A stretch of 64,000 bases of DNA, from assembly GCA_964247055.1 (NCBI GenBank), contig OZ176055.1:5580001-5644000 (forward strand), written 5' to 3'. Source of the DNA: Paragordius varius. Taxonomy: Eukaryota; Animalia; Nematomorpha. This document shows, piece by piece, positions 25,660-39,800 of the stretch. Below the pieces are notes generated by a model. That model was not told where the DNA came from, searched no databases, and saw only the letters and a list, made by a program, of their open reading frames with translations. Each line of letters starts with the position of its first letter. Positions within the stretch are counted from its first letter, which is position 1. A program made the position numbers and the translations under genes.

Positions 25660-27242
25660 TTTACACTGCGTCCAAAATCGAGGGGTATAAAAATATTATT
25701 ATGAAGTATATATATATATTTTGCTAGATAGATAAATGTATCAGTCTCATGGTGCTTTTGGTTTTGGCCCTTACGAGTAAAAGAAAGGTATTTACACTTT
25801 TGTGTCAAGTGCTTCGTATCAGAAAATGGCAATTTTTGCGCATTTTATATATTTTTTTGGTATAATTCATTTTAACAAATATCACTAAAATATATTATTA
25901 CCATATATAAAAAAGTAAAACAATATCTTCAAAAAATTATAATGTTAAGATAAGGGCTTCGAAAGTCCAAACTTATGCTCTGCTAAAACTTGTTTTCATA
26001 AAAAAAACCCAAAAATGCCTGGATTATGCGATAAAAATTTTAATATAAGCTAAATTTTGATATCAACTCAAATATTTTCTAAAAAGCATACATTTTAGAA
26101 AATTAAATTTTTAGTAAAATTGTTGAAGCGTACATACTAAATAAATGACATGATGAAAACAGTATAAAAACGTTATAAGATATTATAAAAACCATTTTTT
26201 TATATAATTCGATGCCGAACATTTCTTACCAAAATTTTAATTTTCCGTTCGTCTTTAAATTTACCTTAAATATTTAATGTTTTATCACATAAATTCACCC
26301 AAATTTGAAAGAAAACGAATCTTTTGATAGAGATGTTCAGCATCACCGAATTCTATAGAATAATTTATACAATATAAGTGTTTCTATACCTTTTCTACCA
26401 TGCTTCTATATGTCATAAAACTTGCTTCACCAAAATTTTGACATAAATAAAATATAATATTTATCGTGAAAACGGTCCTTTCGCTTTCATTTTTAAATTT
26501 GCCCATTTTATACAGATCCAAAAGCTTGAGTCCATATCCAAATTTTATAAAAATATTGATCTGCAATTTAACGCTTTATTAGATTTTTATTTTTCTGTCC
26601 GCAGTGACATTTTGGGGTAGTTTTTGACTCCAGAGCTAAAATAGTAAACAAACTTCTGTTAAAGTTGTTTTAAAATTTTTTTATAAATCCACCTTCTCCT
26701 GTATTAGATAAAAAAAATAGAATTTTTAAAGGTTTCTAACTTCAGTTCCAAATTCAAATAGCGATTGAACTAAACAGCTGATATTAAAATCATTAATATA
26801 AATTTTCTGATTAATCGTAAATTGAGAGCTCTTCAAAATTATTTTTATTTTTTAATAATATATTGTTTTATTAGCGATTAAAAGAATCCAAAGAAGAAAT
26901 AGGCGGCGTAAGAGATAGGAATTTTACAATTTTACATTTTTTTTAAAAAAAGACATATCATGCGCTGAAAGCTTTGGAAGCATATTCATACAATGGTAAA
27001 AATATATTTTTAAAAATTTAAGTTTTAATTAGTTCTGATGTATAGAATTACCCCAAAAAGCCTATTGCTATTTTTTGGAATGACGCATTTAGCCCTCGCA
27101 AATAAATCTTAGCAAACATAAAGTGCGCTAATTGTTCAGTTTTGGTTATCGAGCCAACCTCCCAAATTCTTAATATTCCTGAAACATTTTCTTATCAGAG
27201 TATTATATTTCATCAGGATATATTTTTGTGGACACTGTCTTA
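25660..27242. mobile_element. Family B foldback element interrupted by a family E copy (~26380-27060)
   Basis: Left terminus CACTGCGTCCAAAATCGAGGGGTATAAAA near 25664; degenerate right terminus TTTTGTGGACACTGTCTTA near 27240. The central ~700 bp matches family E blocks instead of family B. Confidence 0.55.
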
Positions 27243-27976
27243 TAAGCATTAATTGAGGATAAATGAGGCAAATGATAAAAAATAAACCACATATTCCACA
27301 AGTTCTCACTTAAGTTTAAAAATGTTCAAAATTTTTTATAGTTATGGGGGTCTTTTTTTCAAAATAACTTAAAGGTGAAATGATATTTTAGTTTATAAAT
27401 AGATGACTATAGTAATGATGGACATTTAATTAAAATTATATCTTTATAATTACAAAATTTCCAAATAACTTATATTACGCCTTCTACATTAACACTTGGG
27501 AGAATTTTATTTTTTGCATCAAACGATAGAAGAAGATTTTGACATATAAAATTTGTGAAGTACCATAATAATATAGAAAATTCCTGCGGCAATTATTGAA
27601 TATAATTAGACTGCATATTTAATCTGAAATTGCTCAATAAACCCTATCCTTTTTAGTCAAGCGGGGCTTTGCCAAAAGTGTAATTTTAAAAAAGCTCTCA
27701 GGTATATCTCCATTCAAAAGATGGATACCTAATACCAGAGAATCGGTTATATGTTCAATTTGATGCGCAGGTTTTTAATTTATATGCCTAACATATGTAT
27801 ATAAATAATGCTATAAAATCATATTTTTATCATATTTTCGCTTTTATAAATTTTAATGTTATCCTTCACAAATAAAAAAGGTATAAATTCCGAGTATTCA
27901 CAAAGCAAAGTAAATCAATAATAATATAAAAACAATCATATTATGGCGTAGTTAATTAGTTATTAGTCGTCTTGAA

Positions 27977-30900
27977 ATGTGTGAAACGTCCCCGTCATCC
28001 CTATTGGATATTATTTTAAAATATTTTGCAAATAATTTTGATACTTTGGAAAACAATGGATTATTTTTTGACCAGATTTTGCTCCAAGACTATTATTTTA
28101 CCGAAAATGAATCCAACACATTGTTTAGATTTTTAGGGGAAAATGATTGTATAAGCGATAAAACCCTATCCCTTCTTTCATCGCCATCAATTTTTCCAAT
28201 CACAATTTTAATTATAAATGCCGATACGGGTGGTCAGTATATTACTATCGCATCTTTAATTAATAATTTGGAACGACATTTGATTAAAAATCTAAAATAT
28301 TTGAAATTATCCGGACTTTATAAAATACCATTTGAGGATCTTATAGCTTTTTTCTTTTTTCAAAGACCTCAACAATCGCAAACATCCACATTAAATTATT
28401 TCCAACTAACTCATTTAGATTTATCTTCAAATAATGTTTCTTCTTTGAAGCCACACAAGTTGAAGGCCAAAAAATTTGTTGATGTCGACACCGATCTCGA
28501 TCTATATTTTTATTTTCGGGAAAGTACTGCATCGGAAAATCCGACTAATCATCCGGCATTTAATAGCTCCAACGATGTTGAACCCACTAAAGATGCAGAC
28601 TTTCACCATAACTCTATTCCCAACAGTATACAGCATCCTAACATATCCACCATGCTTCCTTATTTACTTTATTTAAATCTTTCTCAATGCACTCTTTTAT
28701 CTTCCAGATCATTATCTATGATTTTGAGACATTTGGAACGTCTAGAAATATTAGATTTATCACTATGTTCAGGCGTTGAAGATCTCAGCGTCCTTTGTGA
28801 TATTCCGTGTCGTGATCGTTTACGTTATTTAATCCTTCATGGGATGAGAGTATCTTGTCGTGAAAAATCGCCCGCTATCATAACCCAATTTATCGGACTT
28901 GAAGGACTTGATATTTCTGAGCCCTCTGGCCGACATTACCGATTAGAACCGCCCCCGAATTACGGGTTAAATGGGGGAAACGGTGGAAATGGAAACGGAA
29001 ACGGTACTACAACCTCCAATACTAACCCCGTATCATTTCAAACGTTAAATAGTTTTACGTTTGGCTTGCTAAACGGTGGTACAACCAATGCCAATAACAA
29101 CCAAGGCGACAATGAAGGAAATAACCCAGTATCTGTTACGACTAGACACTCCGAGGGCCATGAAAGTCCGATTCAATCGCCACGGACTCCGGTCCATCTT
29201 ATCCTATCATCGAGACGGCTCACTAAACTAAAAAAGTTGGATATATCAGGCGTAGCTGGACTCTCGCCAATATCCTTAATGTAAATTTAGTGCTTTTTGT
29301 TTCAAATATTTTTCTGTAATGATTTAGGAAATTTATAAAAACTGTATGATTTCATTATATTTATAGTAATAACATTTTTTTAGTTTATATTGTAAACAAG
29401 ACCTTGACCTTACAATTATATCATTTAAACGATTAGTCATTCTTTTGTAGTTTAATTATATTTGTGATCGAGGATAAACAAAAGTGTTTATGATATTAGG
29501 ACTTTCTTGGATCTTCACATAGAGTTGGAATATTTGGGTGTTATGCTAACAAATATTCATTATGATCCCAGGCTCAACGATATATTTGATTCTAAAACGC
29601 AAATCATGGTAGCTTTTCATTTCAAATATATTTCATTTCTAGTCTTATTTTTTATAAATATTTTAATAAAATAGATTGCTGGTGAAAACAACGAAATTCA
29701 ACTCATTAATGCGCTGAAAATGTATACCGAGCGTCCTGGCTATGTGCAAAAAGCATTACAAAAATTATTCTCATTTACACGGGAATCCAAATCACTGAAT
29801 ATTGAATTGATCGAAGTACCAAGCATATTATTTAGTTTTTAATAATAGCAATTTTGAATTTGTTACCTGTAACACCCTTTTTTTTCTAGATTATAACTGA
29901 GCACCTTGCACATCAACCCGAAAATCTGGGGATCAATTTAGCTGGAACAGCATGTTTGTATAATTTAATTAAAATATCTGGGGCCGAAACAGTTATCAGC
30001 GCTCGGTTGGCAGAAAGGGTTGTTGCCATTTGCTTGCAATCTATGCAACAATTTAGTTCGAATCAACAACTCCAAAAGAATGTCATACTCCTACTGTGTA
30101 ATGATTGGTACGTATCATTATATTTTAACGAAAAGTATAGATATGGACTCTAATCTTATTAATTGATGGCTTTTAAACTTATATAGTAAGGTCACCCATG
30201 ATTATACATAAAAATCCTTTTTTATTTATATAACTCTCAATCTTGCACTTATGCGATCCCAGTATTTAGCATAAATTTATAGTTTTTGTTTTATTTCAAT
30301 GGGTTTGATATTATTAAGATTCGATAACAAAATTCAATAATAATTATAATTGAAAATAGTTTTTAAGGATTCTTAAAATTGCATTAAATTATATTTTTAC
30401 ATAAACCATTCTGTATATCGCCTAAAAATATTCTAATATACCTAGGATTATAAATTCGGTGAATTTCGATCGACTGCTTTGCACCCGACTGGTGTTGGAT
30501 TGCTTGTGTGCATACCGCGATAACCGTTTGATTCAAATGTGCGCCGCCATAACTAGTCTTATTGCTGCAAAAATGACCGTTTCTCAAGTCAATGCTTTAG
30601 GGGCCCGGAGTGCATATATTAAACGCTTCTTAGAAATTATTTTGGAACGGGTATGTTGTATTACAATTTTCGAAATATTTAAATAGTGATAATATTTCCT
30701 ATTCTTTTTTATCCGTATTCGCTCTCCATTTTTTTAATAAACGTTCTGTTAGGTTAATAACTATCAAAATGATTCGATACTCAAGCTTTGTTTAAGTGCC
30801 ATTTGGAACCTGACGGATGAAAGCCCCAGAACTTGCAAAAATTTTATAAAGGAAAATGGTATGTAATTAAATTATTAATGTATTGTTTTTATAATGTTTG

Positions 30901-33541
30901 ACAGTTATAGTTAAAATGAATATAAAGAAAGAACGTAAAACTAGATAATTATTTTTACTTTTAAACCCTGATTTTTTCTATGTACCTATATGATTACAAA
31001 TGTTTTACATATAATAACGATGGTGTCTAATTTACGTCTCTTTTCCATTTAACTTATATTAAAAAACACGGTTTGAAAAGTATGGCTATCTTTATTGGAA
31101 TAAAAAAATTTCTTTTAGTTTTGCCTTTAGAATTTGTGTCCAAATTAATGTTTTAGGCCTACGAGTTTACTACGAAGCATTCCTAGCCTTTTCCGATGAT
31201 TACGGCATTTTAAGCAAATTCTTAGGCTCTTTGGCAAATGTGGCCGAGGTTGAAGGTCTCAAGGGTGTTATCTTGGCCCGTGGGGGTCAACACTTGGTTA
31301 CTCAATTGATTAGGTTAGCAAAGTTATGTCGGACCAATATTCCTGTATCATATTTTGCGTGTGGTATTTTGGCACATACACTATCACATTTTCCCACTAA
31401 GGTTATTGAAATAACGTTGGACTGTGCCACTTTGCTGAATAATCCCAAAGGCAGCAAAACTCAAAATGAACCCGCAAACAGTGTAGGCTCTACATCATCT
31501 AGTCAACAGAATTCAATTATTCCCCTTCATGTTAAACGAGAGGTTGTTTGCATTTTTATTGTTTTATTTTTAAGAGTAATATTAAACAATCCTATTTAAT
31601 AGAATCCAAATAATATTTTTCTTGGATAGGATTCAATTAAAATGATCAACTAGTTTTTACCTTTTTAGTGATATTGAAATTAATTTATTACTAAAATATT
31701 ATATAAATTAAGCCTAATAAAATTTTATTCGATATCTTTTTGATTCTTTCTTATTATTAAATAATATCATAGGAATCGTATAGTTTTTCCAGCAGCGATG
31801 ATCACGATGAATCAAGCCAAGATACGGATATAATTGGACAAGGTTTATTTAAAAGCATTACGTAGTATATTAATATTTTGAAAATTCTAAATACACGCAT
31901 TTTAATGGTTTCTTATTTCACACTCTAGTTGGGCAATTTGCAACACAGTAGTGTAGGGAAAACCAACAAAATATTGAATAAACAATTTTTCCCTACTTTT
32001 TTCGATACTATACTGTTTTTCAAAGGGCCCTGCTATAATTTGAAATAAGCAACCATAAAATGCATACTGTAAAATCAAAAGGGCATTAACCATATCAGTT
32101 CTGCATTGAATTATTTTTATATTTTTTTAACATGTTTTAATCCGAATAGTTTATAAATTGCTGATTATTTTTACACAAGATCCAAAATTTATTGCCGATA
32201 GCTAAACAAAGCTTGCTAGTTTTGTTTAGCTATCGGCAATAAATTTTATTTTTTGATTTTATATAGACGAAATCGATTCTCATAGTCCATCGTCTCGAAG
32301 CCGTAGTCATGATTTAGGAGGTGGTATTGATCACGAATCCTCCATATCATCTAACGTTAATTTACGAGCTTTGGCAAATAATCATTCCTCTATGGTTGTC
32401 GATGATGTTGAAGCTTTTGAAGCGGATTTCTCCACAAAAACTCGAACGCTCAAACCTAATTCTCTACCCTACAAACATGAAATCAACGAGGTAAGAAATC
32501 AAAAACCATAGGTGCTTTCAAATATTGTTTGTTTCTTTTACGCTTAATAATTTTAATTATTGCTGAATCATAAATCCGATTAATATTACAAATTTTATTG
32601 ACTAATTAGATTACATTAAATTATTAATTAGATTCTAGTAACGACTGTAAGTTCTTGGACCGAACCGGATAGAGAAATGGTATCTTACAGATCATTTAAA
32701 CCATTTTACAACCTTCTCTCTAAACCAATACTCTATGAATATGGGGCACAAGCTTGGTCACTATGGGCTCTACGGCATGTTACCTCTAAGAATGGTTAAA
32801 ATTTGACCTTGCAAATATCTTAAGTTTTTATGAAAAAACATCAATTAAAGATTCTTAACTACAATGATTAATAGATAAAATATGATATATAAAAATATAA
32901 CCCAGCGTTAACATAGGAAATAACTATCAAAAATCTATTCGCATATGTATGAATACAATTTTATTTGATGTTTAATAAGCTTTGGATTTTACTGGTTTGG
33001 AAGTTAAATGCAACAGATTAATCAAAAAGGCAAATATAAATTTTAATTGAATATAAAAGTTAAATAATATTCACATATTTCTAATTTAGCTGAACGTTAT
33101 AAATCTTTTATGGATAAAGAGGGGGGACTGGCGTTTTTGCTAGATTTTCGAAAGAATCTTGATAGCCTTTTGCAAGCGACAAAACTCACACCAACAAAAT
33201 CAACCCAAGTCAAATACATTTATCAAAACGTTGATACAGAAAAAATATCATCGCAGATTGATTCATGCCACAAAAATGTTTTATACCATGGGCCAATTAT
33301 AGAAAATGAAATTTTTGATTCAACAATGTGTGTTGATCACATTGAAGAAGTTACATGCGAACCTAGCGTTAACATGAATAATAAAGATTCTGTTGGTAAA
33401 AATATTCCGCCTAATCATACTTTGAATGCAACCAATAATAGAAGTGTCGATGATTACCTAAATCCCAAAGCTATTTATGAAATTTTATCGCCTATGCTCA
33501 ATGATCTACTAGCCATTTTAAATGATTGTACAAATAATTGA
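27977..33541 (+). CDS. ZYG11: ZYG-11 family (ZYG11B-like) CUL2 ubiquitin ligase substrate receptor: BC-box, LRRs, ARM repeats
   Basis: 11 exons: 27977-29280, 29500-29608, 29675-29815, 29890-30107, 30446-30650, 30753-30858, 31157-31542, 31773-31842, 32267-32490, 32632-32794, 33090-33541; phases consistent. Motifs SPSSLLDII, LDISG, IAGENNEIQLINALKMYTER, NQQLQKN, LSAIWNLTDESP, EMVSYRSFKPF, WSLWALRHVTSKN are closer to ZYG11B than ZER1 as I recall them. Confidence 0.88.
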
Positions 33542-33866
33542 AAGTTTATAAATTTTAACACTAAGGGAAGGCTATTTTATTTATTTCCTCAATTAATAAA
33601 TTGTGATACTATAATTACCAATGCCGTTTTGATTTGCTACTTTTGAAATGGGTCCAGTCCAAAACTAATTATTTATGAATAGTATATTTGAACATAAAAA
33701 CCATAATCAAAACGAATAATGAAACAAATATTTATTCTAATATATATTTATTGCAGGGTTTACAACACATGTAGGGCTACTCTATAAAATGAATTACGTA
33801 AAAAGGAAGACATTTTTGACAAATGAATATATCAAAAAAATTAACTAATGTTTAGGCAAAAATATT

Positions 33867-36800
33867 TTATTTATTTTTTGGTGTTATTTTGTTCTGGAGC
33901 CCTGTCCAAAATGGAACTTTTGAAACAGTGTGAGGAAACGGAGGTTCCAACTCAATAACCGTATCATTAAAAAATCCCTCCACGAAGTGAATTAAAAAGT
34001 TTTTGGCAATCACATCGCACTTGGATATTTTAACTTTTTTGGGTGCACTGGCTGATAAATCTGGGTTTTGAGGCCAGGCTTGACCATTGGGCGTAAACAT
34101 AAGGGAAGCCTTGTGATTAAGGAAAAAATCGTTGTCTGGACTTTCGCAACAGTAATCGCGTAACATTCCTTAAAATATTGCATAAATATAGATTATAATT
34201 CTTCCAAGCGAATTATATATCGATTTATGGCAACTTGTTTTATCAGTAAAAAAACTTAAACGTTTTAGAAAATTTTATCAATAAAAATTTTATTTTAATA
34301 ATAGGATTTATAAAATTGGCATAATTAATAAAACGAATTGGATAAATCAAATTTTGATATATACCTGGGAATATGTGTTTGAAAACGATTTCACGTTCAT
34401 TCCGTTCCTTCATGAGTTTTGCCAAATCGTCTGGGCTTAAAGTTGGTCTAGGAGGAGTTGTTGGTGGTGCTGGTGGATAGGTGTATGCATATGGATAAGC
34501 CGGATACTGATATCGGGGATCAGGTCTTTGTTGTTGACCATAATTATAGGGTGGTGGGTATACTGGGTATTGTCTCATTGGTGGATTCTGATGATATTGA
34601 GGTGTAACAGGTGGAGGGCGTCTACGTTCATGTCCATAATAGGTAGGATACGCCGGTGGTCCTGGTTGATAGAGTTGACGTCTTTTCCGTCTGCTATTCT
34701 TGTCCTTTTTTTCAGCATCTTTTTTATCTTCCTCCTTTTTATTTTTGTCGTCTGCTTTTTCTTTATCTTTGTCATCCTTCTTGTCCTTTTTTTCAGCATC
34801 TTTTTTATCTTCATCCTTTTTATTTTTGTCGTCTGCTTTTTTTTTATCTTTATCATCCTTCTTTTCTTCCTTTTTTTCTTGCCTTTTGTCATCTTTGCTG
34901 TCCTTATCTTCCTTCTTTTCATCTTTCTTGTCGTCTTTTTTATCTTTTTCATCCTTCTTTTCGTCTTTTTTGTCGTCCTTCTTTTCGTCTTTTTTATCAT
35001 CTTTCTTGTCTTTTCCATCCTTCTTTTCATCTTTTTTGTCCTTTTCATCCTTCTTTTCATCTTTCTTGTCCTTATCATCCTTCTTTTCTTGCTTTTTATC
35101 ATCTTTCTTGTCTTCTTTCTTGTCTTTTCCATCCTTTTGGTCGTCTTTCTTGTCCTCTTGCTTGTCATCCTTTTTTTCGCCATCTTTTTTTGGTTTGGAT
35201 TCATCTTCCTTTTTCTTTTGTTCCTTCTCCATTTCTTCGAAAGCTTTATTGAGTGGTGCATAAACAGTGTAAAAGGTGTTGGGATCAAACGTCATATTTA
35301 ACTTTTGAACCAACTCGGTAAATTTACTAACTTCGGGATATTCTTTCAGTGTATCAACCAATCCCTTTTCCAATGGTACCAAAGCCTATAATTATAATCA
35401 ATAAAGGATAATTATTATTTTCTTATATATGTCAATAATATTATTGTTTCCTGATAGTATTACATACTTTAGGTAACATGTAATATTTCCCTCCGCAAAA
35501 ATCTCCAACCTCTCGCCCCATTTTGCGAACACATTGGAAACTGTTGGGCATGTAATTAGCCTGTAAATTAAAAATTGGATAATATAAAATTAATTTGAAA
35601 TGTAATAAAAAATTACCCGTGATAAATTCACATATTCCGGATCGGGGTTCTTATAATCGTTTACCTGCATGTACTCAACAAATCTTAAAGGCATCAAATG
35701 ATTCTTTATAAATTGTTCAGCTAAGGTATTGTTTTCTTTGAGCTTAGACTTCATTTTGTCATCTATTTTCTAAAGAAACAAAATTTATCATTTTGCCAAT
35801 TAATAATATTTATTAGGGATCATCTAAAAAAGTTTTTTTCAATTTATTTATTGTCACATAAGCATAAATTTTTGATTCGATCCCCCCAAAAATACTTTTA
35901 AAAGGAGTGAGTGATACATACAAAAAGAACTAGATAAAATTTTCATCAGAATTTAGGATGAAGACATACGTATTTTAATAGCAATTTTTTAATTTTGTCT
36001 AAGATCAATTGCAAATAATTTAACTAGCACCTTTTCGAAATAATAAACGCTATAATAAAATAATAAATTTACCTTAAAGGCTTCCGAATTGGGTATTAAA
36101 ACTGCTTGATTGGTGAGATTTTGAAGATATGAATCATTAAATTGTTTCACAAATTCCATAAACTCTTTGGCTTTTGGCTCTTTTTCCAGACGTTTAAGTA
36201 ATGATATAGCTGCAAATATACAAAAGATTAATTGTATAAAAGACTAACCCCCACAACCTCCCCCGTTATAAAAAACTTATGCTGATTAATTTGGACTTAT
36301 CTGATTTCTAATATGGTCTTTGTTTTTACCCATAAACTTAGTTTGCTGGTGGTTTAAGCCATTGGGACAGTAAAAAATTTTGAATTTTTAATATAATAAG
36401 TCTGGAGTCCTATTAAAATTGAATAAGCTCTATAATATTTTTGTAAAGATACATGATAATAATGAACCCTGCATTTTTCCGGTTAGTGTAACTAATTAGC
36501 TGTTCATATAAAAAATTGAGTACATACTTGCTAACCGCATATCAAAATGAACGTTTCCTATGTCGATTTTTTATACACTTCTGATGAAGCCAATTGTAAC
36601 TTAAAATTATGAAATAAATACATTTATTGGATACGATGACATCTTTGATGAATATGAGGACACCATTTTTCATGATTTGAATTTTGTCGATATCGGCATT
36701 TTGTATCTTCGATTTATCAACTTTAACTTCTGATCCTTCTAACGTTTTTTTCTGAATTGGCTTTTCTAAAAGTTTGGGGCACAACCAGTCTGGTATAACG

Positions 36801-39800
36801 TGTATCTTTACCGTTTCTATCAGTTATTTATATTATCATATTTAAGTGTTTAATTTATTTGAATAACTTATATATTAACATTTTGAATAACTTAAAAAGT
36901 GTTAACCTAATGCACAAGGTTCAGATTTGTTCAAACCATCTTTAATCTCTTTGTCCAATTTTTCGAAAGCCTCGTTAGGAGGTATGAGAAACGTGTGGAA
37001 TCCGTCAGGAGCCATAGCTATGCGGTCAAGGCCCATATTCATTAAATCTAAGAGAAAATTTTATTTAGAAAATCTAATATTGTTTATTTATTGAATAGTT
37101 GTTTTGGCAAAAAAGCTTTTATTGGTTAAATGAAAAGATTTAGGCAACATACGTTTGACGATTGTCATATTTGAATTCTTTATCATAAAATCAAATAATG
37201 TTTCATTGACTTTGGGTAAAGCCCCATCTAACTGTTGAATCAAAGCTTCTTTGGTGTGCCATTTTTTGTCAGATTTAAGTGGAACACAATTTAAAGCAAT
37301 AATAGGATTTGGGTCTTTTTCCTTCTAAACACGATGTTTAAAAATTCAGTATAAATTCTGAAATATTTACAATTACTATTAACTTTCACACTAAATCAGT
37401 TTTAAATCAATGTTTTATACCCATTGTACTGTAACATGAACAGGCTCTTGTGCCATTGAATACAGTTTCATATTGTTCATTAAGTGACTCTTTGGGATAG
37501 TGCCGCGAAAAGCATGTCTTTTGATACTTTTAAGCTCATCTACCGGTGGGCTATTATTGGGTAGCTGTCGTTTTTCTTTTTTGGTTTTCTTATCTTTGTC
37601 ATCTGAGGTCTTTTCGTCTGATTTTTTATCATCCTTCTTTTCGTCCTTCTTTTTATCGTCTGGATTTTTCTCGTCTTTCTTGTCATTTGGTTTTTTGTCG
37701 TCTGCTTTTTTATCTTCCGTTTTTTTATCATCTGTTTTTTTTTCTTCCGGTTTTTTCTCGTCCTTTTTGTCATCCGGTTTTTTGTCTTCCTTCTTGTCTT
37801 CCGGTTTTTTCTCGTCTGATTTTGCGTCTTCTTTTTTGTCCTCCTTATCGGCTTTTTTCATGTCTTCTTTCTAAATTAATGCACGTTAAATAGTCTATAA
37901 GATTTACAGTAGCGTAGGCATAAAACAAGTTTTATCCATAACTAATTAAAACTGATGTCAAAAGAGAGAGAAAAATGTTAAATTACATCCATTCGTTGTT
38001 TTTACCATACACTACTGTATTTATATAATATGGTGCCTATTGGTTAAGTTTCTATTTCTATTTCATTTTATTGATATTAGAATAAATGCTGTTAACTGAA
38101 TTAATTTACTTTTACCGATTTTTCATCAGGAACGAAAAAGGTTAACGGTAAGGATTGTTGAACGAATGCCATGGTTTTGTTTTTATCCAAATCGAGATAT
38201 TTTAGATCCGAGTCCAATATATCGGTCAAATTTTTCATTTCAATCTCTGTTTTGATTATTCATTAATAATTAATAAATGCAAATAAATATTCTACATGAC
38301 TCTTATGTTGGTTTTTAAAGCATGGTTTTTTATGCCTATTCCATACAGTTTTACCATATAAATATTTATGTTATAAGATATTTACAATACTCGAAATTCA
38401 TCCCTTGAGACTTTGCATACAATCCGTTAGTTTAATTTCAAAAATTAACTAAAATTTAACACCCCTACGAATAAAATTCACTAGGACATCATCCAAGCAA
38501 TCTATTGAGAGTTTTTTCAATTTTGTCATATTAAAGGGTATAGTGATGATACTTTAAAGGAAACGCAAACGAAACCGACCATATACTTTAAAAAACAAAA
38601 TATTTCTAATATCAAAATTTATGGATTCAAAAAATTTTATTGTTACATTTAATATTCCTAAATTGCATTTTTATTGAACAAACAATTGATAAAAATTTCA
38701 GTCTTACTTTTCATGCATCCAGTTTTGTTTTTATCATCTATTTCAAACCCATAACAACATTCATATACCATTAATTCTTGTTGAGTTATTTTGTTTTGAA
38801 AGTATCTAATTAATAAATAATTAAACTGTAAAATTGTAATCATAAATTTATCTACAATATAAATTGTTAAATAATTAGTTTATAAAAACTTACGAAGTTA
38901 AACATTGATAGTAGTCCTTGAAACCCATGCATTTTTTGATGACATGAGGCAAATAAAGCGTGCGTGTATCATTATCAAAACCTGGTTTCGTGCTAGCCAA
39001 TTGAATGTGTTCATTCTTGATTTCTATGGGAAAGTTTGCTGAAGGGGACATTTGAACATCTTGGTAGAGGCAAATATTCCGATAACTATTGGAAAAAAAT
39101 GGATTTACAAATACATAATATAACCTTTTTGAATGACCTATCAAAGGAGAGAAATAGGAGTCAGAGTTTCGGGGCTTATATTAATCGACAATACATTTCT
39201 TCAATTAGTCATTTGAGCTGTTTATAACAATTTTTTGGAAGGAGGGACGCGATTAAGCATTTGTGTAATAACAAACATTAGAAACGCTCCATATGACCAC
39301 TGAACGTCATCAAAATATGTAGGCACGAAAGCCAGAAATTTTACGTTAAAATTAAAGGTTAATTCAGATTCAACGCGGTAGATAGATATAGAATTTTTGA
39401 TTTTAGAATCAAAAATATTTCATAGGCGATGAACGCCTTTGCCTAAGAGAAAAAGATAAAGGGGTCATTATATTTTATTTTATGAATACGGATTTTTGTA
39501 TAATAATGTTTTGGGTATTATCATTAACCATATAAGGGTTATTCAATCACTTTCGTTTTAATCTTCAGCTATGTAGCATCAATTTAATTTTAATAGGTAT
39601 ATTAAACCATAAATATTTAACCTGTTAGCTTACTTTTGGGTTTTATATAAAACTCTAAACAATTTATTCCAAAATCCTGTATTATCGACAAAAACGACAT
39701 ATAGTTTTATAATAGAGTCTAATTCTTTTACTTACCCTAAGAAAAAGTCACTTTAAACTTCGAAACAAATCTAAAGAAATTGGTTAATATTATCAATATC

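Noticed and set aside
34528-35301. Several long + strand ORFs (257, 198, 187 aa) and an alternative-frame minus ORF, rich in F/L/S or K/R/M
   Set aside because: These are shadows of the K/D/E codon repeat of the fasciclin gene; stop depletion follows from the repeat composition.
37500-37893. + strand ORFs of 124 and 115 aa
   Set aside because: Antisense shadows of the first K/D/E insertion.
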